Origin: Chiloscyllium plagiosum
Taxonomy: Eukaryota
NCBI RefSeq assembly: GCF_004010195.1
Contig: NC_057719.1
Coordinates: 36,767,442-36,831,441, forward strand
Length of the DNA stretch: 64,000 bases
Direction: 5' to 3'
This document shows, in pieces, positions 37,301-49,169 of this stretch. The notes beneath the pieces are model-generated. The model searched no databases, was not told the DNA's origin, and worked only from the letters and a program-made list of their open reading frames with translations. The position numbers and the translations under genes are program-made. Within the stretch, counting starts at the first letter, position 1; each line of letters starts with the position of its first letter.

Positions 37301-38448
37301 TCTTTAATCTGTAAAGGGTTCTCAGTCTAGCTGAGGTATTGTGCAGTCCTAAGGATTGGAGTCCAGAGTGAATTTGTTAAAAGCTGGTTCTGCTATGACT
37401 GAAATGGCCGTGCCGATACTGATGTCCGTTAGAACCTGGTGACCATTTAACCAGAAGAAAATTTTAACCTTTCAGCCGAGGCTGTGCTTTGTTTTGGAGT
37501 TTTGCTGTGAGCTGTCTTAGAGGCCCTCTGTTCAGGATATGTCCTGAGTGTGGCTGTGCAATTGCCTTCACTCAAGTGGTGTCCCCCAACCAAATCGGAC
37601 TGACAAGGAAGTCCACTTCCATCGGAATACCCTGCAACTCGTGTTCAACTTTCAGCATTTGCCAAAATCAAAGCTAGTTGTAGTACCTATTTTAAGTCCA
37701 GCTGGGCTTCAGATTGTGTGTGCTTTTGCATGGTTATATTATTAATTCCACATACCAACCAGTCTCTCAGCATCTCATAAAGTGTTAAACCAAAGTTACA
37801 TGCCTCTTGCCAGTGGTCTTAACTTATTCAAAAATCCAGACATGGATTCCCCTGGTTCTCGAATTGCCGAGTAAAACTGATAGCATCTCAGAATTAGGAG
37901 AGACTTGCAGTTATAATATTCCTTAACAAAATCCGTCAACTCTTGAAAGGTTTTAGTATCGGGTGCCTCAGGGAAAATTAGGCTCCTTAGAACTGAAAAA
38001 GCTACAGGTCCACGAGCTGTCAGGAGAATTACTCCCAGCTTTTCATCTACCAATGCCATTTGCATGGGGTGGGGGTGGGAGAAAAAATATATTCTTTCCA
38101 CATACTGGGCCCTGTCTTCAATGGCCATGTCAAATAAGTCAAGCTTCCCAAATAACAGCATGATGCCAGAAATGCTTACCCCTACTCAAAAGGTTCTTTA
38201 CTCTTATCACCACTGAAATAATTCCACAAAAGCCAGTATCCTGTCACCCAGTCATCCTTTATTTACGTAAGCATAGTATTTGACACTGGTCCAACTTCCT
38301 CAGAGCCAGCTCTGAGAGTAAACAGAACCTCTAACACTTCTGTTTATATCTGTCAGCCAGGCTCCCTGATAGGACCAGAATGACAGCCCTAGTCAGGGAA
38401 CTTATTTTCTGTGATGTCTATCTGGCTGACCTTATCTTAATCGCCACA
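34341..38448 (-). mobile_element. Complete but decayed Ty3/Gypsy LTR retrotransposon
   Basis: LTRs 34341-34639 and 38214-38448 (TG...CA); 5-bp TSD GCATC at 34336-34340 and 38449-38453; PPT 34640-34652; degenerate PBS just left of 38214; gag (FGKLDLFD), RT (VRLCGDFK, YLDDVLITG), RNase H (NADAFSHLP), integrase (LVILDAHSKW) in Gypsy order. Confidence 0.93.
36965..37098 (-). mobile_element. Solo PLE terminus with a degenerate hammerhead, inserted in the Gypsy pol
   Basis: GCTGGAAAAGCACAG...GGCAGCATC...TTTGGGCGTAAGCCTTTCATTAGGAAT. Confidence 0.8.
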
Positions 38449-38989
38449 GCATCTGTTCCCTTCTTTATAGTATGGAGACCAAGAATCAAATGTTTAGACC
38501 CTGGTAAAGTTGGGAATTTGAGATCCGGTCTCAAAAATACCACTGCCTGCATGTTTTGAGACATTGTTCCCAGCACCAACATTGGTCAACAGGTCAGGGG
38601 GACTCTGGGACAACAAACTTGCTTGCTTCCGAATTAAGGCCAGTTAAAGTTACTAAGGAGCTCACTGTTAGCTTGTTGAAGGGGGAGGTTGAAATTTTCA
38701 CTGAAATACACCAGTAGAATGCAATTTCTGACATTGACCACCTGAAGAAGGGTGGCAGGTAAACATCAGTCAGCCTTGACTGCCTCAGGGGTTTAACTTG
38801 GTTCTGTAAAGAACTGTGATGTAGACAAGGGGTGACTGGGAGAGCAGGAGTTATTACCATACCATTGCCCTGGACAAGACAAGGAAAACAGCAGGGGGGT
38901 AAGGCTGCCAATCACAACAGAATGTTTAGAAGGAAGGCTGCAGCAAGCAACAGGGACACCATTCTCAGATTTTGGGCCCACTAGGCATA

Positions 38990-39955
38990 GAGTCATAGGG
39001 ATGTACAGCGTGGAAACAGACCCTTTGGTCCAAGTCATCCATGCCGACCAGGTATTCGAAATAAATGTAATCCCATTTGGCCCCTATCCCTCTAAACCAA
39101 TCCTATTCATATACCCATCCAGATGCTTTCTAAGTGTTGTAATTCTACCAGCCTCCACACTTCCTCTGGCAGCTCACTACACAACACACACACACACAAT
39201 GAAAAGGTTGCCCCTTAGGTCTCTGAAGTCTTTCTCATCTCACCTTAAACCTATGCCCATCCTGGGTAAAAGGCCATATCTATTTATCCTATTCATGCCC
39301 CTCATGATTTTTCAAGCCTACATAAGGTCACCCTTCTGCCTCTGACTCTCCAGAAAAAACAACCCCAGCTTATTCAGCCTCTTCCTATATCTCAAATCCT
39401 CCAACCCTGGTAATATCCTTCTAAAATTTTTCTGAACCTTTTGAAGTTTCACATCATCCTTCCTCTATCAGAGAGACCACAACTGCATGCAGTATTTCAA
39501 AAATGGTTTAAGCAAGCTGCAACATGACCTCGCAACTCCTGTACTCAATGCATGACCAATAAAGGGGAAGCATTCAAAATGCCTTCTTCACTATCCTGTC
39601 TACTTTCCTCTGACTCCACTTTCAAAGACCTATGAACCTGTACTCCAAGGTCTCTTTGTTCAGCGACACTCCCCAGGACCTTACCATTAAGTGTATAAGA
39701 CCTGTTCTGATTTGCTTTCCCAAAATGCAGCACCTCGCATTTATTTAAATTAAACTCTATCTGCCACTCCTTGGCCCATTGGCCCATCTGATCAAGATCC
39801 TGTTGTACTGTGAGGTAACTTTGCTGTCCACTACACCTCCAATTTTGGTGTCATCTGCAAACTCACTAACCATAGCTTATATGTTCACATCCAAATCATT
39901 ACATAAATGATGAAAAGCAAGGATCCAGCACTGATCCTTGTGGCACACCACTTGT
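38990..39955 (-). mobile_element. CR1 3' fragment
   Basis: WAKEWQIEFNLNKCEVLHFGK...RDLGV; CR1 3'UTR at the left end. Confidence 0.9.
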
Positions 39956-39964
39956 GATCAGTAA

Positions 39965-39980
39965 CAGCACCCTCTGGTGG
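39965..39980 (-). promoter_or_regulatory. CTCF-like motif
   Basis: Minus strand CCACCAGAGGGTGCTG; motif match only. Confidence 0.3.
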
Positions 39981-40732
39981 AAGTACAGAACCCCAGGCAG
40001 GAGGAGGCCATAGAGAGAAAAGGTGATGGGAGGAATGTAATACTGACCAGAGAGGTACATCATTTGATGCTGCATGGGGATAAAGGTCTCGTAAAGATGT
40101 CATGAATGTCAAACACCATCTGATCCTTCGCTGAGCCAGCATGAGGAGGATGACCTGTAACAAACAAAGCAAAATGCTTCAGATGATGGTAATCTGAAAT
40201 AAAAACAAAAAATGCTGGAGAAACGCAGATGTGGCAGTATCTGTGGATTAATGTTTCAAATCCAATATGACATTTCTTCTTAACTGAATGGGACTGGAAA
40301 AAGGTGAGGGGGTTGGGGTTTATGCTATTGACAGAAAGGGAGGATGAACAAGTTGAACAGATTGTGTGCCCAAAGCAAAAGACAAAACAAGGTCTACTGG
40401 TGTTAAAGAAGAGAATTGTGCAATGGTTTAAATGATAGGTGTGTAAAGGAGGAAATAGATCTACGTTGCTGAGAGTGAAACCAAGAAAACTCAAACAAGG
40501 GGTTATAATCAAAATGGAAGACAGAATTTAATTTAATCTTGAGTCTGAGAGACTGTAATGTACTTGTATGGAAAAATGAAGTATTCTTCCTCAAACTTGC
40601 TTTGAGCTTCATTGGAACACTATAGCAAATCCAGAACGTAAACAATTGGTATGGGAACAAGATGGCTTATTGAAATGGCAAGCAACTGAAAAATCAACGT
40701 CCTTCTTACAAACTGGAGGGGGTTCCACAAAG

Positions 40733-40935
40733 CAGAGAATGCTGGAGAAACTCAGCAGGTCTGGCTGCATTTGGGGAGAGAGAAAGTGTTAGGATTTGAA
40801 ATCCGATATGACTCTACCTCAAAATGGAAGAAGCAGCATTAACTCAGTTTTTTTCTGCAGATGCTGCCAGATCTGCTGAGTTTCTCCAGCATGTCCTGTT
40901 TTTATATCTGATTTCGAGCAACTGCATTGTTTTGC
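40733..40935. mobile_element. Inverted pair of termini from a second PLE-like family (single copy also at ~40160-40290)
   Basis: ATGCTGGAGAAACTCAGCAGGTCTGGC...GCAT pairs with ATGCTGCCAGATCTGCTGAGTTTCTCCAGCAT. Confidence 0.75.
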
Positions 40936-42611
40936 TTCTATAAGCTTGTACTTTCCATGTATAGTGCAGACATAGGAAGTTTGCTGTTTGTAATTTTCTG
41001 TATAATAATACTGTTATCGCTTTGCTGTTAATCTTACCATAAATTCTGGGCCCTTATTCAATATTTTCAAATTGTCACCATTATAACAGTGGATAGCCTG
41101 GGATTTAGTGCATCTTTAGATTTGAGATATGACTAAATCAGTGGGCTCAATTTGTTCAAGTCCTTTAGGATAATTGTAAAGTATAGTTGTAAAGGAGGAA
41201 CAGTGGGTGGGGTTTGATAGAACATTGGAGGTAAACAGGAGATAAGATTAGTGAGATACGCACTTATTATGTTATTTTATGAAGTTGAAATGTTAATATA
41301 CTATGACAGTTTCAAGAATCTGAAACCAATGGTTTAATTACTATAGTGGTGTACTGTTTAGATCTACACTGAGCTCTTGCTGAATAATGGAAGTAAATGT
41401 ACAATATTCAAAATATTTATCTTTAAGTAGCCTGATTTAGACAGGACTGCCCCAATTTTAATAACAAATCTTTTAGGAAAGTGTCAGTTGTAACATTCAT
41501 TTTAATGTGGATTGTGTTATTGTAGTTCAGTTTACAAATCTTCTCTGGCTTTTGGTATACATTGCAACAAAATGTGACATGAGTCAAGATATTTTTCCAA
41601 AACATTGAAGTTGGTTTTCCTGGGTGAAATTATATTTAAAACATGTTTCCATATCCTTCACAGAGCCTGGTAGTTAGCAGATGGTTAGCTTATTCGGTGA
41701 TGTCCTTTTGGGTTTGTTCCAAACATGTTAATAATGTTATGGAAAAGTTACCATGGGAAATTTCATTTCATACTTGCATTGTATATCTCCAGTGTTTGTG
41801 TCCTGGGAAATTGAGGCTGTTTGTTTAGTGCTGTAGTGCATTCAGTGAGCAATTTAAGTAAAGCTACAGCAATATGAAGGATGCATTCCGGTCAAAGCAA
41901 AGTGAGGTTTCTTTTATTCTGCACCTCAAAGATGTGTCTCCTTTAGCATCTCACCCCAATGGACATTTTTGATATCTAACATCACATCACCTATGATAAG
42001 GAATAATGGCCAGCTGTTCAAGTGTGGTATAACAGAATTGACAAATCTTTTGTTGTCCTCTTTGCCACACGTCCAGTGTTTGGGAGATCACTTATTGTTT
42101 TTTCTGTATCATGGGGGATATTGCTGGAATTCACTTTCTGGACTCTCTAGGTACATCAAGCAAAGAATGTAATGGTCTGGAGTGCTAAATCGCTGTGGTG
42201 TGTGTGTGTGTGGTGTGTGGCATGTTGAGTGGCAATGGACCCACAAACAAAGTTTCTGAAATCCAGCTCCAATCAGGTGGTTAACAGCTAACTGTCAAAC
42301 TTCCCAGTGAATGTAGATCCTTGATGCTGAAGTCCCAGCTCAACAGAATCACCCAACCATCAGAGGTCACAGATTGTGTCCAAGAGTCCTTTTCTGAAGG
42401 TCTAATTTTCAGGAGATAAATGGTAAGAAAGTAGGCCTTTTTTAATAAGTAGAGGGCCATTGGGACAGTGGGCTTGGAGAAAGGGCTAGATGGGGGACTA
42501 TCTTTCAGCAGCTGTCATTTCCCCCATCTTTGCCACTTATTGGTTTCAATAAGGAGCAAACCCACTGCCACTTTCTAAAAGGCATTTAGAAATGGTCAAT
42601 AAATGCTGACC

Positions 42612-42806
42612 TTCTCCCCCCCCCCCCCCCAATGCTTTTCGGGCAAAAGCCCTTCATTAGGCTTCCTGCCTCTATTCCTGATGAAGGGCTTTTGCCCGAA
42701 ATATCAATTTTCCTGCTCCTCGGATGCTGCCTGACCTGCTGTGCTTTTCCAGCACCATTCTGATCTAAACTCTGGTTTCCAGCATCTGCAGTCCTCACTT
42801 TCATCT
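42612..42806 (+). mobile_element. 195-bp PLE-terminus insert with two back-to-back hammerhead motifs and a 14-bp TSD
   Basis: TSD AATAAATGCTGACC at 42598-42611 and 42807-42820; inverted motif 42637-42661, forward motif 42678-42706. Confidence 0.88.
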
Positions 42807-43389
42807 AATAAATGCTGACCGGCCAGCAAAGCCCAAATTCTGAGTAAATTTTAAAAGCAGCTTCTTTCTAAACCTGAGGTGGAAGTTCAGGCCCTTAATT
42901 GGTCATTAGTTGACCACTTAAAGGTCGAAATGGATTTTCTTGTGCAGCACTTATTTGCAAAGGTGATGAGAAGTGGGCTAGTATCTCTCCATGGCCAACT
43001 TGCTCAATCATTTGCCGTTCTTCTTCATCCAGGGAAGAGAAAGTTGTACCCATTGTGTGCTAATTTCAATGCTCAGGTACAATCTGCTGGTGGTGTTGTT
43101 TGTACCACATCCCACTACCAGATTGTCGTCAATGCAGCTAGAGTATTCTCCGCTCCAAAACCCTGGCTGACTAGGGTTCAGAACCCCGTAGAGCTCCCGA
43201 AAGAATGCAAGTCATCATATTTATTTTTGACATCAAAGGTACAATTCATAATGAGTTTTCCAAGCCATTTTAAAGCCCTGTTACTTTCAATTATTTGATA
43301 TAGACCTTTGTTTGGCACATTTTGTATTCTACAGCTGACCAGCATGAGTTAAGCAAATATGTTAATTTGGTTTTATTTGCTTCTTGCAG

Positions 43390-43433
43390 GTGTTGCAGGT
43401 GTTCTTGTTGGGCATCCCTTTGATACAGTCAAG
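43390..43433 (+). CDS. SLC25A29: SLC25A29 coding exon 2 ((G)VAGVLVGHPFDTVK)
   Basis: TTGCTTCTTGCAG| acceptor, AAG|GTGAGG donor; start of the first carrier signature PFDTVK. Confidence 0.95.
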
Positions 43434-44464
43434 GTGAGGTTGCTAATGCATTCTTGCTGATATCTATAATGTTAAACATACCTGAGATCGATCTAAAGTG
43501 CCAGTTCTAAAAATGTTTCTTTGTAAAAAGGGAAGGAAATGTTTTCAAATGCAATCTTGATAATCTAGTCAACAGCTTTATTTTCAGATACAGCCTTCTA
43601 ATCAAACATATTTAATATTTTCCCTCCGACTCAATTGTAACATTTATTAATGTTGGCTTTTATTCAAATACTTTCAGCCTATTCCAAATGTTTATCTGAT
43701 TCGTTGTGCCATTGAGAACTAATTTAAACTCATAAATTTTTAACTACTGTTCTTGATGGAGTTTGACCTCAGAATTTACCAGAGGAGATTGGAAGTCATT
43801 GAATGAAAGAACATGCAGTTTCATTGAAATAAACCAAATGGTTATTTCTTGATTCTTTGTTTAATGAATTGTGGTTTATGGAAAAGATAAATATGCCATT
43901 TTAATTTATTTTCACAGAAATAATTTTTGTGATTATAGTGGGCTATTTTTATGTGTGGGTAATTAGAATGAAGGGTCAGTTGGAATAAAAGGCTGCATTT
44001 ACACAGAAACCAAATCCATATTATACCAGGTTCCTAATTTCCACAAATTTCCATCTTCAGTTTGAGCAGTGGATTTCAGGGTATTAGTGGGAATAGTATA
44101 AGAATTGAGTATGTCAAAGATTGTTTAAAACTTTAATTGCACCTTGAGGTTTCTGGCCACAGATCTGTTGATACCAGAGGAAAGCTCACAATGGCCTGTA
44201 TTGCAGAACCCAGACTGCTGGCTTCTTCATAGTGGTATGTGAATATGATGCTTCCTGCATCACCTGTTTATGTTTGCTTTCAGCAGACCAAGGGGAAATC
44301 AGCTCCTCAGCTACGTCTCTCTCCCCAGAAGCAATAGCACCATCTTATTTTTGCAGCAGCACTGTAGTGTAAGTGCAGCATAAGGTAAAGGGCAGGATAC
44401 ATTATTTTAATGACAAGTTTTGGCCACTAGTGGTGCCCAAGTGAAATGGCTTTAAGCAAATGCT

Positions 44465-44852
44465 TATTGGCTGCCTCATAGCGCTAGGGACCTGGGTTCA
44501 ATTCCAGCCTTGAGTGATTATCAATGTAGAGTTTGTATGTTCTCTCCATGTGGATTTTGTCAAGGTGCTCTGGTCACTCATGAAGTTGAAAGATGCGTAG
44601 GTTAGGTGGATTGTCCATTCTAAAAATTGCCCCTTAGTGTCCAAGGGTATGCAGTTTAGGTGGGTTAGCCATTTTAAAAACCCCATGCAGAGTTACGGAA
44701 CTGGGTTGGGTCTTGTTTGGATGCGAAGGCGAAAAATGAAGACTGCAGATGCTGGAGATCAGTCAAGATTAGAGTGGTGCTGGAAAAGCACAGCAGGTCA
44801 GGCAGCATCCGAGGAAAATAGACATTTCGGGCAAAAGCCCTTCATCAGGAAT
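44465..44852. mobile_element. Decayed HE1 (plus) followed by a solo PLE terminus with hammerhead motif (minus, ~44722-44852)
   Basis: Minus strand ATTCCTGATGAAGGGCTTTTGCCCGAAATGTC at 44852-44821. Confidence 0.8.
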
Positions 44853-45900
44853 GTAGGAATGCAGATGTAGGAAACCCTAACTTTCTACCATTTTAAAAAA
44901 AAAAGACATTTGAATACAGTCCGTAAGGAATGAAACATTGGCATGTTTTGGGTGGTCTGGCTGCACGTGGAAACAAATGAACTATCCCAGGTTGTATTTA
45001 ATTGTAGGTTCTTCACATGAACAGCACTTAGTTTGTGACGGTGCTCCAACATGCTGTACCACTGCATTCGAAGTATAGCACTTTGGTAGTGACACTGGCT
45101 TATTCTACTGTGTTGTAACTTTGCAGGCATCAGCTGCAGTAAAAGTACTGAGCAAATTCTGGGTGCGCCCTCACAAAGGATGATGAATAATGAAAGACAG
45201 TCATCTCGGGGCTGCGTCATGCTTCGCTGCATCTGTGATAGGGTGACAATTGTCTGAGACCTGACAACAGATATCCCAAACAGTTACAGAATTTAGTTTG
45301 GCATTGGGTTAGGAATTCAAATGACTGTGTCTACTCTGTGACTATAACTGGCACAATATCAGTGTAGGTAAACAAGAGATCAACGTTATCTGTTGTGTTA
45401 TGTTTAATGGCTGCCAGAAATATTTAACCAGGATACTGACACAATTATGTTGGTTTAGGAGCTTAATTTTCTTGCTATTTTCATGTAATGTGTGAAATGC
45501 GTTTCGTTTAACTACTTTTACTTTCTGAGCTAGGGGCTGTCCTCATTAACAGCAAAAGTGTTACTTTGTGATGAGAGATAAGCCTCATCACGGGATTCCT
45601 AGTAAGTACAGAAAAGGTGAATTTATACATTCTCAGCTTCTCTCCAGTTTGACCGTATACCAAGTGATTATCACTTTTCAGAAAAAAACTGGCGTTTTAA
45701 AAATATGTAGCATATTTCTATTTCTTCTTGTAAACACGTAATTTTTAATGCAGGACTTCAAAGTAGCTGTAGAAATAAATGATTGTTAATTCATATCAAA
45801 AAGCTACTGCTAAACCTGTAACTGTGATTGTGGAAGAAAATGTCATTTTCATTCCTGCCCAACCAAGTCTCCATTTACTGGAAATGTGTTTGTTTTGTAG

Positions 45901-45984
45901 GTTCGACTTCAAGTACAAAATTCTAACCAGCCACGTTACCGTGGGACTGTACATTGTTTCCGGTCCATCATCCGACAGGAGTCT
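45901..45984 (+). CDS. SLC25A29: SLC25A29 coding exon 3 (VRLQVQNSNQPRYRGTVHCFRSIIRQES)
   Basis: TTTGTTTTGTAG| acceptor, TCT|GTAAGT donor, 84 nt, phase 0/0; YRG..HC carrier matrix-loop motif. Confidence 0.96.
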
Positions 45985-47228
45985 GTAAGTAGCAAGCGCA
46001 TTAACTGGGTTGATTGACTTGAAGCAGTTTATTGGGGGAGCTTTGATTCAAGTTTTTCTGGGCTGTTATGCCAGTGCTGTCATGCCATCTCTAATTCCTT
46101 GTGCGTAGGTGAGGACTAAAAAGTTAACTGTGTTCTCAAGGCAGTTTCTTTCTCCATCATTTAATTTAAGCAGACATTCCAGGATTGTGGTAGGATTCTT
46201 TGTATTTTACCTACAGTTTTGAAGTATTCCTCTTTTTTTCTCAGGAGTTGGGCTTTCAGGATACTAGTGTTGAATTTCACAGATGTCTGGCATAAAAAAT
46301 CTAGGTCTGCTGGTTTACTGTTATCTTTAGGAGATCTGTTTATAAGGAATTGACAGTGGAATGGGACACAGTTGCAGAATTATTCAAGATACAGTGAGCA
46401 GCTTGGTCTCTGATTTAAGACACGTTTGTGGATCTTTTCTTCCTCTGTCCTCTCTTTTTTTGTCCTGAAGACTATTTAATAGGTTATCACAAGCATTTTA
46501 ATACACATCTCACATTTATGTTAGCTTTTTGATGAAGAGAAGCTTCATAACCAAGAACCTTGTGTAATCACCAGCTATGCACGTAGTTGAACTTTCTGGC
46601 AGGAGTTGTGTTGAGTTTGAGCTGCGAGTCAATTGTATCATTGCCTTGACCAATTTTAACCAACTTCACACAGCCCAGAGATCAGAGTTGGAATCTTGGT
46701 AATCTGTGTTGCAAACTGATGCATTTCCAGATGAGCTGGCAGTGGGGGAGGGAGTTGATGTTTTTGTTTTTCTAAACTGTAGTGCAGGTGGGCTGCCCTG
46801 AATACAGATAACCTGCTTGTTTTCATGTTGCATTTAACAAATCTGCTTCACTTTGCGATGGCACCTATTGTGCTTCAGGCCCACAGGCTCTCATTCTTTT
46901 ACACAAATCTTGCTTAGCCTCAAATTCCTTTCCCACAGCTTTTGATCTCACAATCTGCTTATTTTCCAGGGTGGAACACATTGTAAATCTAATTATGCAG
47001 TTTCGGTTTCAAAGGTCCATTGAGTGTGCAGTCAGAAAGGACAGATAATATTCACAATGTGTTGTGAGCATTCTCAAAATTTTTTGATTTTTCTATTATT
47101 CTTGCATAGTGCTAGTTTTGAAATCCTTTCATGTTCTCATTCCCTCTCCAATCTTTGTAATCTCCAGTCCTCGTCCATTTCAGGCCTGACCATCTTTCCC
47201 AATTTTAATTACACGTAAGCAGCCTCTA

Positions 47229-47490
47229 TTAAAAACAGAAATTGCTGGAGAAACTCAGCAGGTCTGGCAAAATCTGTGGAAAGAGAATAAGGTTTCAAAT
47301 CCAAGATTCTTCACTTCCAAAGAAGAGTTATATCAGAGGTAACATTGCAAGTTTGATGTAACTTATTTGGAACTGAGGAGTCTTTTGGATTTGAAACCTT
47401 ATTCTGTTTTTCTCTCTCCACAGATGCTGCCAGACCTGCTGAGTTTCTCTAGCATTTTTTGTTTTTATTTCAGATTTCCAGCATCCACCA
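47229..47490. mobile_element. Inverted pair of PLE-like termini (hairpin) with a degenerate CTGAGGA...GAAAC core
   Basis: Arms ~47231-47307 and ~47381-47465 are reverse complements. Confidence 0.75.
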
Positions 47491-49169
47491 TTAAATACTC
47501 AATATGTGGCTCAGTGCAAAATTTTATTTGCTAACAGTCCCTCCCCGGCAAGGCACCTTTTTACCCCTTTACTTTATAGTAAAATGTGAATCTTGTTATT
47601 GTCATTTGTTCAGCATTTTGCAACATTAACATCAAACTGTAGATTTATTTGTCTAAATACCCTGATATTAACCTTGTTTGTCCAAACCATGATGTGCTAG
47701 GTGAGCCACTTCCAATGGAAGAATCATTGAAAAGGTTTCTGCTTTTCTGACAGTCTTTATGTTTGGAGTACCAGCTCCAAAGTGGTTTCAACTGAACCTG
47801 AAGGGAGACCTCCCTTATCCATCCCTATTCCCCTTCAACAATTAAACACACTCTCATCCTGACCAAGCATCTCATTATAAGTCCTAATTGAGGTTTCCAG
47901 TGGAGAGCACTAGCTCAAGGAAACCTAGTGGGTTGTAAGTGTTATGATGATACTGCTCATAATGAGAAGCCAAAGCTGTTGTGGTGGTTGATGCACAAGC
48001 AGCAAATGAGGCACAGCCTGCTGGAAAATCAGTCAGCTCACACTGGGCTGGGAGTTTGCCACACAAGGATTGACAGTATACGTTTGTTTTTTGGGAGGAA
48101 ATCTGGTGAAATTCAAAAGTAAAATTCAAAGTAATTCGGGCATATTTGAGCAGCCATTCGGGTTTCCTATTAAGGGTTGCCAAAAGGTATGCATCGGTTG
48201 CCAATTTTTGAAGAACTGGTATCTGGATCCTAAGGTTTTTTTAATTTATATGCAGGCTGTGGCCATCACTGGCTAAGCCAGCATTTAATGCCCATTTTAA
48301 TGGCCTTTGAGAAGGTGCCATTGATATTTCTTCTTGAATTGCTGTATTCCATTTGGTGTAGCTACTCCTAAAATGCTGTTAGGGAGGAAGTTGCAGGATT
48401 TTTTGACCCACAAATACTGAAGGATGAGAACTGTATTTCTAAGCATGAATGGCAAATAGCTTGGAAGAAAACTTGCAGGTTGTGGGGTTAGCTTGAACAG
48501 CTAAGTGGTACAGTGCATGGATTTTAAAATGTGCTGTTGAGGACCATTAGTGAGAAGTTGCAGTGCATTTTGTAGATTGTCCCTGTGCCAGAGGGAGTGA
48601 ATCTTGAAGCTGTTAAATGGGATGCCGTTCAAGTGGGCTGCTTTATCCTGCATGACATTGAACTTGCTGACAGCTTTTTTTTAAGCTGTAATCATCCAGG
48701 CTAGTAGAGAACATTCGGTCATGTTCCTGACTTTACCTTGTACATGGTGGACAAGTTTTGAGAAATCAAGAGATAAGATACTCATGGCAATATTCCCAAG
48801 TTCTTACTTGCTCTTAGAGCCACCAAGTTCTGTCAATGGCTCTGTGATTTGTTCCCCTGACTCTCTCAGCAATGTAGAATGCATCCCATCCGGGCCCGGA
48901 AGCTTCTCTACCCGGAATGTTGCCAGCCTTTTCAGCATTTCTTTACCTGACACTATGCTGCTGAGTTGCTGTGCTGCTATTTTCTATATAATTAGAAAAG
49001 TAGGCATACAAAATATTTAAATATGGCTGAGGGGAGAAAGACCACATTCTCAGATGTACTGGTTTTCCCTTTAAAAGGGATCCTTACCCATTGCTTGTGA
49101 CAGAAAATGAAAAATTTTGATGAGCAACTTTTTATCCATTGTTAATGGAGATGGAGGCAGAACTACTGT

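Noticed and set aside
42879..43298. 139-aa ORF upstream of exon 2
   Set aside because: GTG start, no recognisable domain, no convincing splice signals.
44420..44440. Second CTCF-like motif (TGGCCACTAGTGGTGCCC)
   Set aside because: The core after CCACTAG deviates from consensus; more likely a short palindrome at a repeat end.
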